Positions 8,639 to 17,651 of a DNA stretch of 64,000 bases are shown here, piece after piece (the first letter of the stretch is position 1; each line of letters opens with the position of its first letter). Origin of the DNA: Patescibacteria group bacterium (GTDB lineage Bacteria; Patescibacteriota; Minisyncoccia; JAHIHE01; JAGLIN01); assembly GCA_041670805.1 (NCBI GenBank), contig JBAXYM010000001.1, forward strand, positions 29,612 to 93,611. The letters run 5' to 3'. The translations under genes were made by a program, and so were the position numbers. Under the pieces are notes generated by a model. The model was given only the letters and a program-made list of their open reading frames with translations. It was not told the origin of the DNA and searched no databases.

Positions 8639-9511
8639 ATGGAAGATAAAACCATCAATCCGTACATTGTTTCTGCGGATATCTATCTGTTGATGAAAGG
8701 CTGGGCGAACAGAAGAGGATTCATACTGCCGGAGAAATCTTTCTTTTCTAATCTTCGGGAAAAATTCTCGGAGAGGATGATAGAAATGTTTTCTAGTTTT
8801 GAATTAGTATCGGAAACAGAACTGGTTATAGGATTGGAAAAATTGCTTTGTGAGAGAGGACTTCCAGTCATTTCTTTGGACAGAGCATATTCTAGTAGCA
8901 GTCTCAATCTGGAGGTGTCACGCGTAGTTGACGAAAGCGGCAAAATCGTAGGATTAAAAAATCGTCCTGGCACACCCTCAATCAGGGATCAGGTAGAGCT
9001 GATAAGGCAGAGTGGCGTGCAGGAAGCAACACTGGTGGATGATGTGATCTTTTCCGGTTCACTCATGAAACAGATTATCGAGTGCCTGGAAAAAGAGGGT
9101 ATTCACATACGCTTGGTTTGCGCCGGTATTGGTATAGAAGAGGGGGTAAAAGTCATCGAGAATGTCGGCTGTGAGGTAAGGTGTGTGAGAAGTTATACGG
9201 AAATCATCGACGAAGTGTGCGAAAGGGATTTCTATCCAGGTATTCCCTTTTCAGGAAGATTACTGGCAGGAGAATATAATTTTAGCGCTCCATATGTCCA
9301 TCCATTCGGAGATCCAATCGGTTGGGCATCAATTCCGGTTGAATGTGCGACGGATTTTTCTAGATTTTGTCTTCTTCAGACAATTTCGCTGTTCGAGAAA
9401 GTCGAATCGTGTTCGGGAAAAGAAGTTTTATGTCGGGATTTGGAACGGAAAATTTTGGGACTGCCTGTAGGTGTTGAGCGTTTTGTAGACGCTCTTCACG
9501 GGGTTATTTAA
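8639..9511 (+). CDS. phosphoribosyltransferase (type I PRTase)-domain protein
   Basis: PRPP-binding motif 'ATLVDDVIFSGSLM'. Confidence 0.55.
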   Translation: MEDKTINPYIVSADIYLLMKGWANRRGFILPEKSFFSNLREKFSERMIEMFSSFELVSETELVIGLEKLLCERGLPVISLDRAYSSSSLNLEVSRVVDESGKIVGLKNRPGTPSIRDQVELIRQSGVQEATLVDDVIFSGSLMKQIIECLEKEGIHIRLVCAGIGIEEGVKVIENVGCEVRCVRSYTEIIDEVCERDFYPGIPFSGRLLAGEYNFSAPYVHPFGDPIGWASIPVECATDFSRFCLLQTISLFEKVESCSGKEVLCRDLERKILGLPVGVERFVDALHGVI

Positions 9512-9665
9512 TAAAGGTATGGCCAGATGAATCAATGTATTTATCGGCCTTTTTTATTTTTTACTATTATTCCCACATTTATCCCTTCGTTTACGCAAAG
9601 TGCGGGGATTTTGGATATTCCACAGCAACGAAGTCCCGGGATACAAGGTAACAGAGAAAATACAA

Positions 9666-9692
9666 AAACAGACTCTTTAAAAGTCTGTTTTT
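9666..9692. terminator. bidirectional rho-independent terminator (between convergent PRTase-like and prfA)
   Basis: aacagactc-tttaaa-agtctgtt flanked by an A-run and a T-run. Confidence 0.65.
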
Positions 9693-9707
9693 TGTACCTC
9701 ATTATAA

Positions 9708-10772
9708 TCATTTTATTTCCTTCTTCTTCGCAATGTCCGCCTGGATCAATGCTTCGATAATTTCGTCCAGATTTCCCGCCAGCACGTTCTCAATCTCGTG
9801 CCAGCTTTCTTTGATGCGGTGGTCGGTGATGCGGTCTTGGGGGAAATTGTAGGTGCGGATCTTTTCACTGCGGTCTCCCGTGCCGATTTGGGTGCGTCGC
9901 GCGTCGGTTGCTTCCTTCTCGCGCTTTTCTTCTTCCATCTGCAAGAGGCGGGAACGCAAGATTTGCAGCGCTTTTGCTTTGTTTTTGAGTTGAGACTTTT
10001 CGTCTTGACAGGAGATAACCAAACCGGACGGAATGTGAGTCAGCCGTACCGCCGAATCAGTGGTGTTGACGCTTTGCCCTCCCGGTCCGCTTGAGCGGAA
10101 AACGTCGATTCTGATATCCTCGTTGCGAATCTCAATGTCGGATTCTTCCGCCTGTGCAAGCACTACCACGGTTGCGGTCGAGGTCTGCACCCGTCCTTGT
10201 TTTTCCGTTTTCGGTACGCGCTGGACGCGATGGACGCCGCTTTCGTATTTCATTTTGCCAAACACGTCTTGTCCGTCGATTTCAAAAATAACTTCTTTGA
10301 ATCCGCCCACATCGTTGATGCTGGAATTCAAAACTACGGTTTTCCATCCTTTCTTTTCCGCGTAAAAACCATACATTCGGAAGAGATCGGCGGCAAACAA
10401 TCCGGCTTCGTCTCCGCCCGCTCCGGCGCGGATTTCCACAATGACGTCTTTTTCGTCGCGCGGATCTTTGGGGATAAGCATAGCTTCCAGCTCTTTTTCC
10501 AAATTCTCTTTTCGAACCAAAAGCTTCTCATTGTCTTCTTTGGTCATTGCCAGTAATTCCTCATCGGTTTCCGCGGCCAAAATTTCTTCGTTTTCAGAGA
10601 TGCTTTTTTCCACTTTTATCAGTTCGTCGTATTTTGCAACGATTTCTTTCAATTTGCTTTGTTCTTTACTGAGTTTTTTAAATCTTTCCATGTCGGAAGC
10701 GACATCGGGCTTGCTCAATTCGGACATAATGCCTTCAAAGTCTTTTTTAATTTGTTCCAATTTTTCTTTCAT
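9708..10772 (-). CDS. prfA: peptide chain release factor 1
   Basis: 'GGQ' motif ([11 protein letters not shown]) and PxT-type anticodon motif 'PKT'; 354 aa. Confidence 0.92.
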   Translation of the reverse strand: MKEKLEQIKKDFEGIMSELSKPDVASDMERFKKLSKEQSKLKEIVAKYDELIKVEKSISENEEILAAETDEELLAMTKEDNEKLLVRKENLEKELEAMLIPKDPRDEKDVIVEIRAGAGGDEAGLFAADLFRMYGFYAEKKGWKTVVLNSSINDVGGFKEVIFEIDGQDVFGKMKYESGVHRVQRVPKTEKQGRVQTSTATVVVLAQAEESDIEIRNEDIRIDVFRSSGPGGQSVNTTDSAVRLTHIPSGLVISCQDEKSQLKNKAKALQILRSRLLQMEEEKREKEATDARRTQIGTGDRSEKIRTYNFPQDRITDHRIKESWHEIENVLAGNLDEIIEALIQADIAKKKEIK

Positions 10773-10794
10773 ATTTATATTTTAGATACATAAA

Positions 10795-10826
10795 ACCCCA
10801 TCAAAAAATGGGGTTTGGATATATGC
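10795..10826 (-). terminator. terminator downstream of rpmE
   Basis: aaccccat-caaaaa-atggggtt; on the minus strand it is followed by ttttatgt. Confidence 0.5.
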
Positions 10827-10836
10827 AAAAACGCAG

Positions 10837-11112
10837 CTATTTCTCGGCGTCCTTTTCTTTTTTCGCCAAAGCTTTCTTTTCCTTCTTCACTTTTTTGGAC
10901 ACGACGTCTTCTTGCTTTTTTTCCAGCAATTTCTTGAAGCGATCAACGCGCCCGGTAGAGTCGACAACTTTCTGTTTGCCGGTATAAACAGGGTGGCAAG
11001 CGCCACAAACTTCGACCTTGATCTCGGAAAGAGTGGATTTGGTCACGAAAGTATTGCCGCAAATACACTTCACGGCACATTCCTGATACTTTGGGTGGAT
11101 ATCTTTTTTCAT
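10837..11112 (-). CDS. rpmE: 50S ribosomal protein L31 (with Lys-rich C-terminal tail)
   Basis: 'MKKDIHPKY...[13 protein letters not shown]...GRVDRF'. Confidence 0.9.
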   Translation of the reverse strand: MKKDIHPKYQECAVKCICGNTFVTKSTLSEIKVEVCGACHPVYTGKQKVVDSTGRVDRFKKLLEKKQEDVVSKKVKKEKKALAKKEKDAEK

Positions 11113-11520
11113 ATTATTTCCGTATAAATTAGATTATTTTAAAATAAAAAACCGCCTTTCTTGCTTGCAAATGCATTCTAACAGAGATTTTGGAATTTTG
11201 CAAGAGGGGGCGTTTTTGCGCTTTTGAGGAGGGGTTTTGTAGGCAAGGCTGTAATTTCTGGAGTTTTTGCAGTAATGACTCACGGAGGTAATTATGGGTT
11301 TTCTACCTCAGCCTTGCCCTTATGGAGTATAGAACAAAGATTATTCTCTGTCAATTATTTTGCAAGAGATTTTGCAAGAGAGGACGTTGGGTACAAGGCT
11401 GCGTGGAGTGTAGTTCCCTTTTTGGGGTAGTCGGGAACGAACTTTTAGAATATATTTTTTTATCACAGCCTTGCTTTTAAAGTATAGAACAAAGCTTATT
11501 CTCTGTCAATTTAAGCGGCG

Positions 11521-11720
11521 GACTGATCCATCTATACTTCCCGACGCTTATCCATTACTTTCTAAAATCTGTCGTCCCGAAATTTGCGCAGCAAATATCC
11601 GGGATCCCGTTACTAAGCTGGTGAAAATGAAATAGAATGCTTACCCTTGCATAGTTACGGGATTCCGGATATTTCGGAGTACCGAAATTCCGGAATGACA
11701 AATAAAAATTGCTTTTACCT
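11521..11720. repeat. composite interspersed repeat: C-like module + A' module + family-A palindromic module (copy A1, reverse orientation)
   Basis: A core 'gcatagttacgggattccggatatttcggagtaccgaaattccggaatgacaaataaaaattg'. A' 'cccgaaatttgcgcagcaaatatccgggatcccgttactaagc' recurs at 43880-43940. Confidence 0.85.
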
Positions 11721-12009
11721 TTTCAATTTAGCTAAAAGAAGCGATTTAAAGCGTAGACAAGTTAGTTCATCTAAGCTTTTTGTAAAAAATATAAAAAAGT
11801 CGACTAGCGACTGTTATTTTATGATTTGCAGTTCGGATTTAAGAGTGGAGGGAGAAAGAAAACATTTTATTGCTTTTTAATTTTTTCTTTCAGGTTTGTC
11901 TTTTAATCTCGAACTGCATATCAATTTTAGCCCTTTTTTATTTTCTGTCAATCTCTTTTTTCAGATTTAGATATCCAACCCGCCTGCACTTCTCGATGCC
12001 TATTTTTTG

Positions 12010-12175
12010 CTCTCTAAAGCTGTCTCGGAATTTGCGCAACAGAAAACCAGCCTTGCATCCGGACCACACCAGAAATGGTGTGAAATATTACGCAAGGATG
12101 TTTTATCCTGCGTGGTTCACACCATTTCTGGTGTGGTCCATAATCCAAAATACATACGGGATTCATTTCTGAGTG
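12010..12175. repeat. family-B twin-hairpin repeat (copy B1) with flanking linker
   Basis: 'cacaccagaaatggtgtga ...35 nt... tcacaccatttctggtgtg'. Confidence 0.85.
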
Positions 12176-12226
12176 CCAAAATTCCAGAATAACAGAAAAA
12201 AATGGCAGAGCATCGAAAAATAGCAA

Positions 12227-12260
12227 GTACAGTCCTTTTGATTCCGTAAGGACTGTCCTT
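12227..12260 (+). other. conserved small hairpin (family E, copy 1)
   Basis: acagtcctt-ttgattccgt-aaggactgt. The same loop with a covarying stem is at 16382-16417. Confidence 0.5.
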
Positions 12261-12346
12261 TAAAGAAAAAGTATTTTTTGGCATAAAGCGCGGTTGCCGG
12301 CTATCGGTTGTTTTTTATCTCCCCTCGGTATTTTGCTTCCCCGCCC

Positions 12347-12374
12347 TTGCAATTCTTAATGTCTGTGCTATACT
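12347..12374 (+). promoter_or_regulatory. sigma70-like promoter candidate upstream of rpsB (TTGCAA, 16 nt spacer, TATACT)
   Basis: Hexamers about 160 nt upstream of the rpsB ATG. Confidence 0.4.
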
Positions 12375-12535
12375 CCCAGTTAGTAAAGGGTCCGCGAGGA
12401 TCTCTAATTTAAACAGTTAATTTTGCTCTTGTGGCAAAGAGTTTGCAGTCACCGGAAAGGCTTTGTCCTTGTTTCTTTATTTTCCAGAGAAATGAAAAAC
12501 GGTGGTAAGCAGGCACATTAGAAAGGTTTTTAAGA

Positions 12536-13234
12536 ATGGAAGAAGAAAAGACTAAGATCAACATGATGGATATGCTGAAAGCCGGCGTCCACTTTGGTCA
12601 TAAAAAATCCAAGAAGCATCCTAAAATGGATGAGTATGTTTTTGGTGTCCGCAACGGCATCAGTATTATTGATCTCAGTAAAACCAAAGGCAAATTGGCG
12701 GAAGCCGCGGATTTTGCCAGAAAGATCAGCGAAAAGGACGGAGTGGTTTTATTTGTCGGTACCAAGAGGCAGGCGAGCAAAATCATTGAGGCTGCGGCCA
12801 AGAAGTGCGAGATGCCTTATGTTTCCGAGAGATGGTTGGGCGGGACATTTACCAATTTTGACAAGATTTTAATCGGCAAGAAGCGCTTGGAATCTCTTAT
12901 TGAGGAGCAGGAAAGCGGCGAGTTGGCGAGAAAATATACCAAGAAAGAAGTTCGCGAAATCGAACGCGAGATGAAGAGGCTGGAAATAAAATTCGGCGGC
13001 ATCAGGAAGATCAGTAGGATTCCCGACGCGGTTTTTATCGTGGACATTATCGAAGAGGAGACGGCGGTGCTGGAAGCTTTGGCGAAGAAAGTCCCGATTA
13101 TCGCGATTACCGACACTAACACCAATCCGTCGCACATCAGCCATCCGATTCCCGCCAACGATGACGCAATCCGTTCAATTGAGCTTGTTACCAACGTGAT
13201 TGCCGATGCCATTATTGCCGGGAAGAAAAAATAG
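12536..13234 (+). CDS. rpsB: 30S ribosomal protein S2
   Basis: 'MLKAGVHFGHKKSKKHPKM...YVSERWLGGTFTNF'. Confidence 0.95.
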   Translation: MEEEKTKINMMDMLKAGVHFGHKKSKKHPKMDEYVFGVRNGISIIDLSKTKGKLAEAADFARKISEKDGVVLFVGTKRQASKIIEAAAKKCEMPYVSERWLGGTFTNFDKILIGKKRLESLIEEQESGELARKYTKKEVREIEREMKRLEIKFGGIRKISRIPDAVFIVDIIEEETAVLEALAKKVPIIAITDTNTNPSHISHPIPANDDAIRSIELVTNVIADAIIAGKKK

Positions 13235-13270
13235 TTTGCGGATTATTTTAACAAAATAAGATTTAAATAT

Positions 13271-13858
13271 ATGATTTCAGCCCAAGACGTTAAAAAGCTT
13301 CGCGATATGACCGGGGCCAGTATGATGCAATGCAAAAAAGCGCTGGAAGAAACCGGGGGCGATTTTGACGAAGCGAAGCAGGTGATGCAAAAGAGCGGCT
13401 CAAAGATTGCCGACAAAAAATCGGGTCGAGATACCGCCGAGGGCATCATCGGATCATACATTCACACGGACGGGAAATCCGGCGCGATGGTGGAAATCAA
13501 TTGCGAGACTGATTTTGTGGCGCGCGGTGAAGAATTTCAGGAGTTCGCCCATGATGTTGCGATGCATATTTTGGCAATGAATCCGGTTTATGTCAGTATG
13601 GAAGATGTCGATCCCGCCGTCGTGGAAGCCAAGAAAAAAGAGATTATCGAGAGCGTCAAAGATGAGAACAAGCCGGCCGATATTATCGAAAAAATGATTG
13701 AGGGCAAGCTTAAGAAACATTTTGAGGAAATTTGCCTTTTAACACAGCCCTTTGTCAAGGATCCCGATACGACCGTCGGAGCGCTTTTGACCGCGAAGAT
13801 TGCCAAATTCGGGGAAAATGTAAAGATAAAGAGATTTGTAAAGTTGGAAATCCAATAA
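13271..13858 (+). CDS. tsf: elongation factor Ts (short form)
   Basis: 'ISAQDVKKLRDMTGASMMQCKKALEETGGDFDEA...DFVARGEEF'. Confidence 0.9.
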   Translation: MISAQDVKKLRDMTGASMMQCKKALEETGGDFDEAKQVMQKSGSKIADKKSGRDTAEGIIGSYIHTDGKSGAMVEINCETDFVARGEEFQEFAHDVAMHILAMNPVYVSMEDVDPAVVEAKKKEIIESVKDENKPADIIEKMIEGKLKKHFEEICLLTQPFVKDPDTTVGALLTAKIAKFGENVKIKRFVKLEIQ

Positions 13859-13885
13859 TTCGCAGATATCTTTAATGAGGGTTTT

Positions 13886-14680
13886 ATGAATATTAACGCT
13901 AAAATATTTAGTTGGGACGACGCGTGCCAGTTCGATACGGGCGGCTGGGATGTCGAGGCGGGGGATACTGTCATCGTCAATTTCGATTCGGGCATAGACA
14001 ATGCGCTGGTTCAGAGAATCAATACGCGTCCGCAGGAGAACAAAGAAATCTCCCACATTATCCGCAGGGCTAACGCTTCCGACTTGGAAATATGCGAGAG
14101 GAACAGGGAAAAGGAATCCGAGGCGGTCAAACTTTGCCGTGATATGGTAAAAAAACGCAAGCTCTTGATGAAAATCGTCGACGCGCATTTCAGTTTTGAC
14201 GGAGGAAAAGTGACGTTTTCTTTCATAGCTGAAAAGAGGGTAGATTTTCGCGAGCTGGTGAAAGATTTGTCAAAACAATTTCAGCGCTCGATTCGTCTCC
14301 AGCAGATAGGATCTCGCGACGAGGCGAAAGGCAAGGGCGGTTTTGGCGCTTGTGGAAGAAGACTGTGCTGCATGAATTTTTCCGGCGCGCTGCAGAGCGT
14401 CTCCATCGAAGATGCCCGGATGCAGCAAATGGGACAGAGGGGCAGCGACCGTCTCTCCGGTCTTTGCGACCGTTTGCGCTGCTGTCTGAGCTTTGAATCC
14501 GACCAATATCGCCAAGAACTGGAGAATTTTCCGCGCGATCGTCAAGAAGTAAAATGGGGGAACAAAAAAGGCATTGTGGTGGACAAGAACATAATGTTGC
14601 GGCAGGTGACTGTCGAGTTTGAAGACAGAAGCAAAAAGAGACTTTCTCTCGACGAAATAAAATTTACGAAAGAAAGCTAA
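13886..14680 (+). CDS. PSP1 C-terminal domain protein (RicT/YaaT-like)
   Basis: 'GFGACGRRLCCMNF' Cys cluster typical of the PSP1/YaaT family. Confidence 0.65.
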   Translation: MNINAKIFSWDDACQFDTGGWDVEAGDTVIVNFDSGIDNALVQRINTRPQENKEISHIIRRANASDLEICERNREKESEAVKLCRDMVKKRKLLMKIVDAHFSFDGGKVTFSFIAEKRVDFRELVKDLSKQFQRSIRLQQIGSRDEAKGKGGFGACGRRLCCMNFSGALQSVSIEDARMQQMGQRGSDRLSGLCDRLRCCLSFESDQYRQELENFPRDRQEVKWGNKKGIVVDKNIMLRQVTVEFEDRSKKRLSLDEIKFTKES

Positions 14681-14698
14681 GAAATAAATACAAAAACT

Positions 14699-15778
14699 AT
14701 GGATTTTGATTTACTGCCTCAGTTGATTATAATTTTTTCCATCGCCGGAATCTTATTTATCGTGGGAAGAAATTTTTCGAAGGTAAAAGAAGCCGCCAGA
14801 GAAGAAATTTTTCTTAAAGAGAACGAGAAAGAAAAGAAAGAGAAAGAGAAATTCATATATTTATATAAGAGGGCGGTGCGAAGAATCAATAAGGAAAAAT
14901 ATCAAAAGAAGATGGCGGATTTCTGGGTTTGGTTTGAGAAATTCTTGCGACGGCTCAGAATTGTCGTGCTGAAGCTGGACAGCCGGATGTCTTTGGTGCT
15001 GGAGCGGTTGCGAAAAAAGAATGCGCGGTCTATTGAAAATTTGAAAGAGATGGCGACTGCGACGGAAAAGAACATGCGCAAGAGCAAAGAAATGGAAGAA
15101 CTGTCGGGATTTTTGAGCGGCAAGGGGACATATGGCAAGCGGAGAAAAATGTGGAAGAATCCCTCTGTGAACTTGGAAGAAAAAACCGAAGAGAGTTTGG
15201 CGGATACGAACAAGAGTATGAATTCATCCGTCGATGACGCGGCAAAAATTGAAATCGCAGATTCGCCCCTTGTCCTTTCCGAGGATTTGGTTTTGGAAAA
15301 AGAAAATGGCGCTGTCGAAGTTTATTATGCCGAGACCGAGGAAATTGCGGTTGCTGAGATTGAAAACGTCATCGAGACTTTGCCGGAAGATGCAAGAAAA
15401 GAAACTGTTGCAAAAGAAGATATTGCCAATATCCAAGATGAGATGGAAAAACCGGAGGAGATAGAATCTTTCGAGGCGGTTATGACTGAAGCGAGCGAAA
15501 AGAATGAAAAGGATGAGGAAAACAATATAGGCACGGCAGAGAGCGCCGACGAAGAAAAGGTCAGAACCAAAAGAGAGCAAGAGTGCATTGAGATTCTCAT
15601 GAAAGATCCTGCGGACATTAAGGCTTATTGGCGGTTGGGACTTATTTATTCCAAGCGTCGCAATTACGAGGATGCCCTGGCGTGTTTTCGCCAGATTGTG
15701 AAGATTGACCCCTCTTACACCAAAGCCAAACAGAAGGCTATTGAGCTTATGGAAAAGATGAAAAAGAAAGGCAAGTAG
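14699..15778 (+). CDS. membrane-anchored coiled-coil/acidic protein with C-terminal TPR-like repeat
   Basis: N-terminal TM, E/K-rich low-complexity middle, C-terminal 'YWRLGLIYSKRRNYEDALACFRQIVKIDP'. Confidence 0.45.
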   Translation: MDFDLLPQLIIIFSIAGILFIVGRNFSKVKEAAREEIFLKENEKEKKEKEKFIYLYKRAVRRINKEKYQKKMADFWVWFEKFLRRLRIVVLKLDSRMSLVLERLRKKNARSIENLKEMATATEKNMRKSKEMEELSGFLSGKGTYGKRRKMWKNPSVNLEEKTEESLADTNKSMNSSVDDAAKIEIADSPLVLSEDLVLEKENGAVEVYYAETEEIAVAEIENVIETLPEDARKETVAKEDIANIQDEMEKPEEIESFEAVMTEASEKNEKDEENNIGTAESADEEKVRTKREQECIEILMKDPADIKAYWRLGLIYSKRRNYEDALACFRQIVKIDPSYTKAKQKAIELMEKMKKKGK

Positions 15779-15837
15779 CATTTTGGAAAAGGGTTGGCAA
15801 AATAAAAAAAGTAGTTTATACTGTTTAAGTGTTTTAA

Positions 15838-15913
15838 GCCGGCTTAGCTCAGCGGTAGAGCAACTGTTTTGTAAACAGTAGGTCGTCAGTTCGAATCCGA
15901 CAGCCGGCTCCAG
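15838..15913 (+). tRNA. tRNA-Thr (anticodon UGU)
   Basis: Cloverleaf: acceptor gccggct/agccggc, anticodon loop tttgtaa. Confidence 0.85.
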
Positions 15914-16013
15914 ATAATCACAAACCAACAACCGACAATTTATAACAAAATGCAGAATGTCTGAAAATTTGTGTTTGTTGTCAGTTATAAGTTTACCAGT
16001 TATCAGTTGTTTT

Positions 16014-16089
16014 GCCGTTGTAGCTCAGTTGGTAGAGCAGCTCCATGGTAAGGAGCAGGTCAGCAGTCCGAATCTGCTCAACGGCTCCA
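16014..16089 (+). tRNA. tRNA-Thr (anticodon GGU)
   Basis: Acceptor gccgttg/caacggc, anticodon stem gctcc/ggagc, loop atggtaa. Confidence 0.85.
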
Positions 16090-16121
16090 AGAGAGAGTAT
16101 ATTTATTTAATTTAAAAGAAT

Positions 16122-16283
16122 ATGTCACAAGATAATCTGGTCAGAGTACAATGCACTGAGTGCAAGAAAGGGATCTACAACACTTTCAAAAACAAGAAAA
16201 AGATCAAGGAAAAATTGGAACTTTTGAAGCACTGCGCTTTCTGTCGCAAACATACCAAACACATTGAGTTGAAGGGCAAGTAA
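16122..16283 (+). CDS. rpmG: 50S ribosomal protein L33 (53 aa; below the ORF-track size cutoff)
   Basis: 'MSQDNLVRVQCTECKKGIYNTFKNKKKIKEKLELLKHCAFCRKHTKHIELKGK' with the L33 Cys4 pattern. Confidence 0.85.
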   Translation: MSQDNLVRVQCTECKKGIYNTFKNKKKIKEKLELLKHCAFCRKHTKHIELKGK

Positions 16284-16381
16284 TTGTCCGACGTAAAACA
16301 CGAGCGACCTTTATGTGTCGTTTTTGTTTTTGTATTGAGCTGGAATCCTTTTGCGATATAAGTTTATAAAGTAAGGACTGT

Positions 16382-16417
16382 CCTTTTGATTCCGTAAGGA
16401 CAGTCCTTGAATCCATA
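16382..16417 (+). other. conserved small hairpin (family E, copy 2)
   Basis: aaggactgtcc-ttttgattccgt-aaggacagtcctt, a 13-bp perfect stem. Confidence 0.5.
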
Positions 16418-16428
16418 TTACAAAAACC

Positions 16429-16902
16429 ATGCAAGAAGAAATATCAAAAAGTATACCGCATTTTTTCAACATCAGTCTCAAGCTTATTTTGGAGAATGAG
16501 CAGGGCGAAATTCTCGGACTTAAGTGCGTTAATGAAGGAATCTTGGCCGGTTTTTATGACTTTCCCGGCGGAAGAATAAATTCGGATGAACTGCAAACGC
16601 CACATAAGGAAATTATTGCCAGAGAGATGCAAGAAGAAGTCGGCGGAGAAGTAAAATACGAAGTCGATTTTCGCCCGGTTTCTACCGGCAAATATATTTA
16701 CTATTCCGAGACACTGGGTCGTGATAATTGCATTTTTATGATTTTTTTCAAAGCCAAATATCATGGAGGAAAAATTCGGATTTCAGAAGAGCATAGCGGA
16801 TATAAATGGCTGGACCTCAAATCCGAATCTGCTTCGAAATATTTCACTGGAGGATTTTTGGAGGGAGTAGAAAGATTTTTGAAGGATGACGGTGCCAAAT
16901 AA
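16429..16902 (+). CDS. NUDIX hydrolase
   Basis: Nudix box 'PGGRINSDE...AREMQEEVGG'. Confidence 0.7.
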   Translation: MQEEISKSIPHFFNISLKLILENEQGEILGLKCVNEGILAGFYDFPGGRINSDELQTPHKEIIAREMQEEVGGEVKYEVDFRPVSTGKYIYYSETLGRDNCIFMIFFKAKYHGGKIRISEEHSGYKWLDLKSESASKYFTGGFLEGVERFLKDDGAK

Positions 16903-16925
16903 ATGTTTCGTTAAGTGGCGTAATA

Positions 16926-17027
16926 GCAGACTTCAGCCTGCGTAGCTATTCCATGCGGAGAAAATAAACGTATACGAGATTTTGTGGCTTGGGACAACCG
17001 CGCAGGCTAAAGCCATGCTACTCCGTA
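16926..17027. repeat. family-D MITE-like repeat (copy D1; left terminal repeat degenerate)
   Basis: Right end '...ggacaaccgcgcaggctaaagccatgctactccgt'. Confidence 0.75.
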
Positions 17028-17112
17028 TGACGTCTTAATTCCTTTTTCCTCGCGCCGCAGTCATTTACTTTTATAATCTTTTCAGCTACAATAAATAAGT
17101 ATTTGAAACTAT

Positions 17113-17183
17113 GGGAGCTTAGTTTAGAGGTAGAACTTCGGTCTCCAAAACCGACGGCGGGGGTTCGATTCCCTCAGCTCCTG
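17113..17183 (+). tRNA. tRNA-Trp (anticodon CCA)
   Basis: Acceptor gggagct/agctcct, anticodon stem tcggt/accga, loop ctccaaa. Confidence 0.8.
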
Positions 17184-17277
17184 CATCAGGGAAAGGACAG
17201 TGTCGTGAGGCGCTGTTCTTTGTTTTTTATGTTTTATATAAGATTGATTTTTTCTTTCAAAAATATATAATAAAAAT

Positions 17278-17625
17278 AGGACTTACGCATGTGAAGAACC
17301 CTGTGCGACCGGAGTACCGGACAGCACTGGGCGTCCAGCGGTATTTATTTATCCGAATGAAAACCTGCGGTTTTCAAACTTTCCCTATAAGGTTACCCTG
17401 CAAGTCCTGCGGACATTGCAGGGAGTTGCGAATACTTAAAATTTTCTCAATCTTCAATACTTTCTTTTTCGCGATAGAACCGACCTTTTGTCATTCTGGT
17501 AAGAATCCCTTGATTACTTGTTTAACTGTATACAAGGGATCTTTACAAAGATGACAAAAGGAATGTATCAATGCGGGAATTATAAAAAAGTGATTTTATA
17601 TAGTTCAAACGCGTAAGTCCTGATA
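17278..17625. repeat. roughly 350-bp non-coding element flanked by 11-bp perfect inverted repeats (aggacttacgc/gcgtaagtcct) with internal hairpins
   Basis: Terminal inverted repeats at 17278-17288 and 17615-17625. Internal palindromes 'ccctgcaa...ttgcaggg' and 'cttttgtcattctggtaagaatcccttg / caagggatctttacaaagatgacaaaag'. Confidence 0.4.
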
Positions 17626-17651
17626 ATATATCAGTAGATAACAATTTTTTT

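Noticed and set aside
9798-10785. Plus-strand ORFs (98-119 aa) antisense to prfA, and similar antisense ORFs within the S8 protease (19460..22933), secA and the GT genes
   Set aside because: They lie fully inside well-supported genes on the opposite strand and have low-complexity composition. They are typical shadow ORFs.
12007-12226. ORFs of 60-90 aa inside the repeat families (e.g. 12007..12192, 25300..25506, 49393..49605, 51308..51517, 51342..51596) that share peptides such as 'FGSHQKWCEPRGTKRS'
   Set aside because: They are translations of the family-B twin-hairpin repeats in various frames and orientations. The conservation is at nucleotide level and palindromic, with no start/SD context and frame-independent similarity.
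15224-15931. 235-aa minus-strand ORF
   Set aside because: It is antisense to the 14699..15778 gene and runs through the tRNA-Thr gene, and it is Phe/Leu-rich low complexity.
16204-16434. 76-aa minus-strand ORF
   Set aside because: It overlaps the clearly recognisable rpmG (L33) on the plus strand and the family-E hairpin.
17291-17554. 87-aa ORF inside the TIR-flanked element
   Set aside because: It has a Cys/Phe-rich low-complexity sequence, no SD, and sits within strong secondary-structure-forming DNA. The element is treated as non-coding.
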